Below, in pieces: positions 63,962 to 64,000 of a DNA stretch of 64,000 nt. Positions within the stretch are counted from its first letter, which is position 1. Every line of letters begins with the position of its first letter. The notes below the pieces were generated by a model. It was not told the DNA's origin. It was given only the letters and a program-made list of their open reading frames with translations, and ran no database searches. The DNA comes from a virus. The position numbers and the translations under genes were made by a program. The stretch lies in the IMG/VR virus record IMGVR_UViG_3300025660_000003, positions 77,697-141,696 of that record. The stretch is one strand, 5' to 3'.

Positions 63962-63991
63962 CTACTACGCAGCGGGCGGGGCACCTGAGCC
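63962..63991 (-). promoter_or_regulatory. Class-E promoter motif
   Basis: Exact consensus with the same leader as the 57829 copy. Confidence 0.8.
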
Positions 63992-64000
63992 CGCTAGTCC

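Overview
A 64-kb segment of a large, GC-rich tailed phage genome, probably a jumbo phage. The host cannot be determined here; a lipoprotein and a peptidoglycan-binding protein point to a bacterium. Layout: 1-19.9 kb late virion module (four 1000-1900 aa baseplate/tail-fibre-like proteins, one with a beta-helix). 20-25, 36-47.6, 56.6-58.3 and 63.4-64 kb are islands of small early/accessory genes (PNKP, HAD phosphatases, metallophosphoesterase, OGFr_N, DUF6011, WGR-like). 26.5-36 and 47.6-59 kb hold replication genes (SNF2 helicase, degenerate loader, DnaB-like helicase, CHC2 primase Zn domain, family A polymerase, DEDDh exonuclease). 60-63.4 kb holds membrane, lipoprotein and cold-shock genes. 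Most notable: (1) a beta-class DNA amino-methyltransferase broken into three ORFs in permuted order, with an inverted Vsr-like endonuclease between the halves and an intein hiding an HNH endonuclease in its +1 frame; (2) three recurring intergenic motif classes that track early, replication and late genes: GGCTCAG-N16-GTAGTAG x13, CGGGTAG, and CRRT-N6-YYTAT-N11-GGYR x5; (3) a GIY-YIG insertion that rebuilds its target gene's 5' end with a recoded copy and an ATT start; (4) two structured non-coding elements, one tRNA/tmRNA-like, flanking a small gene. All protein calls come from motif recognition by eye; no database searches were run.
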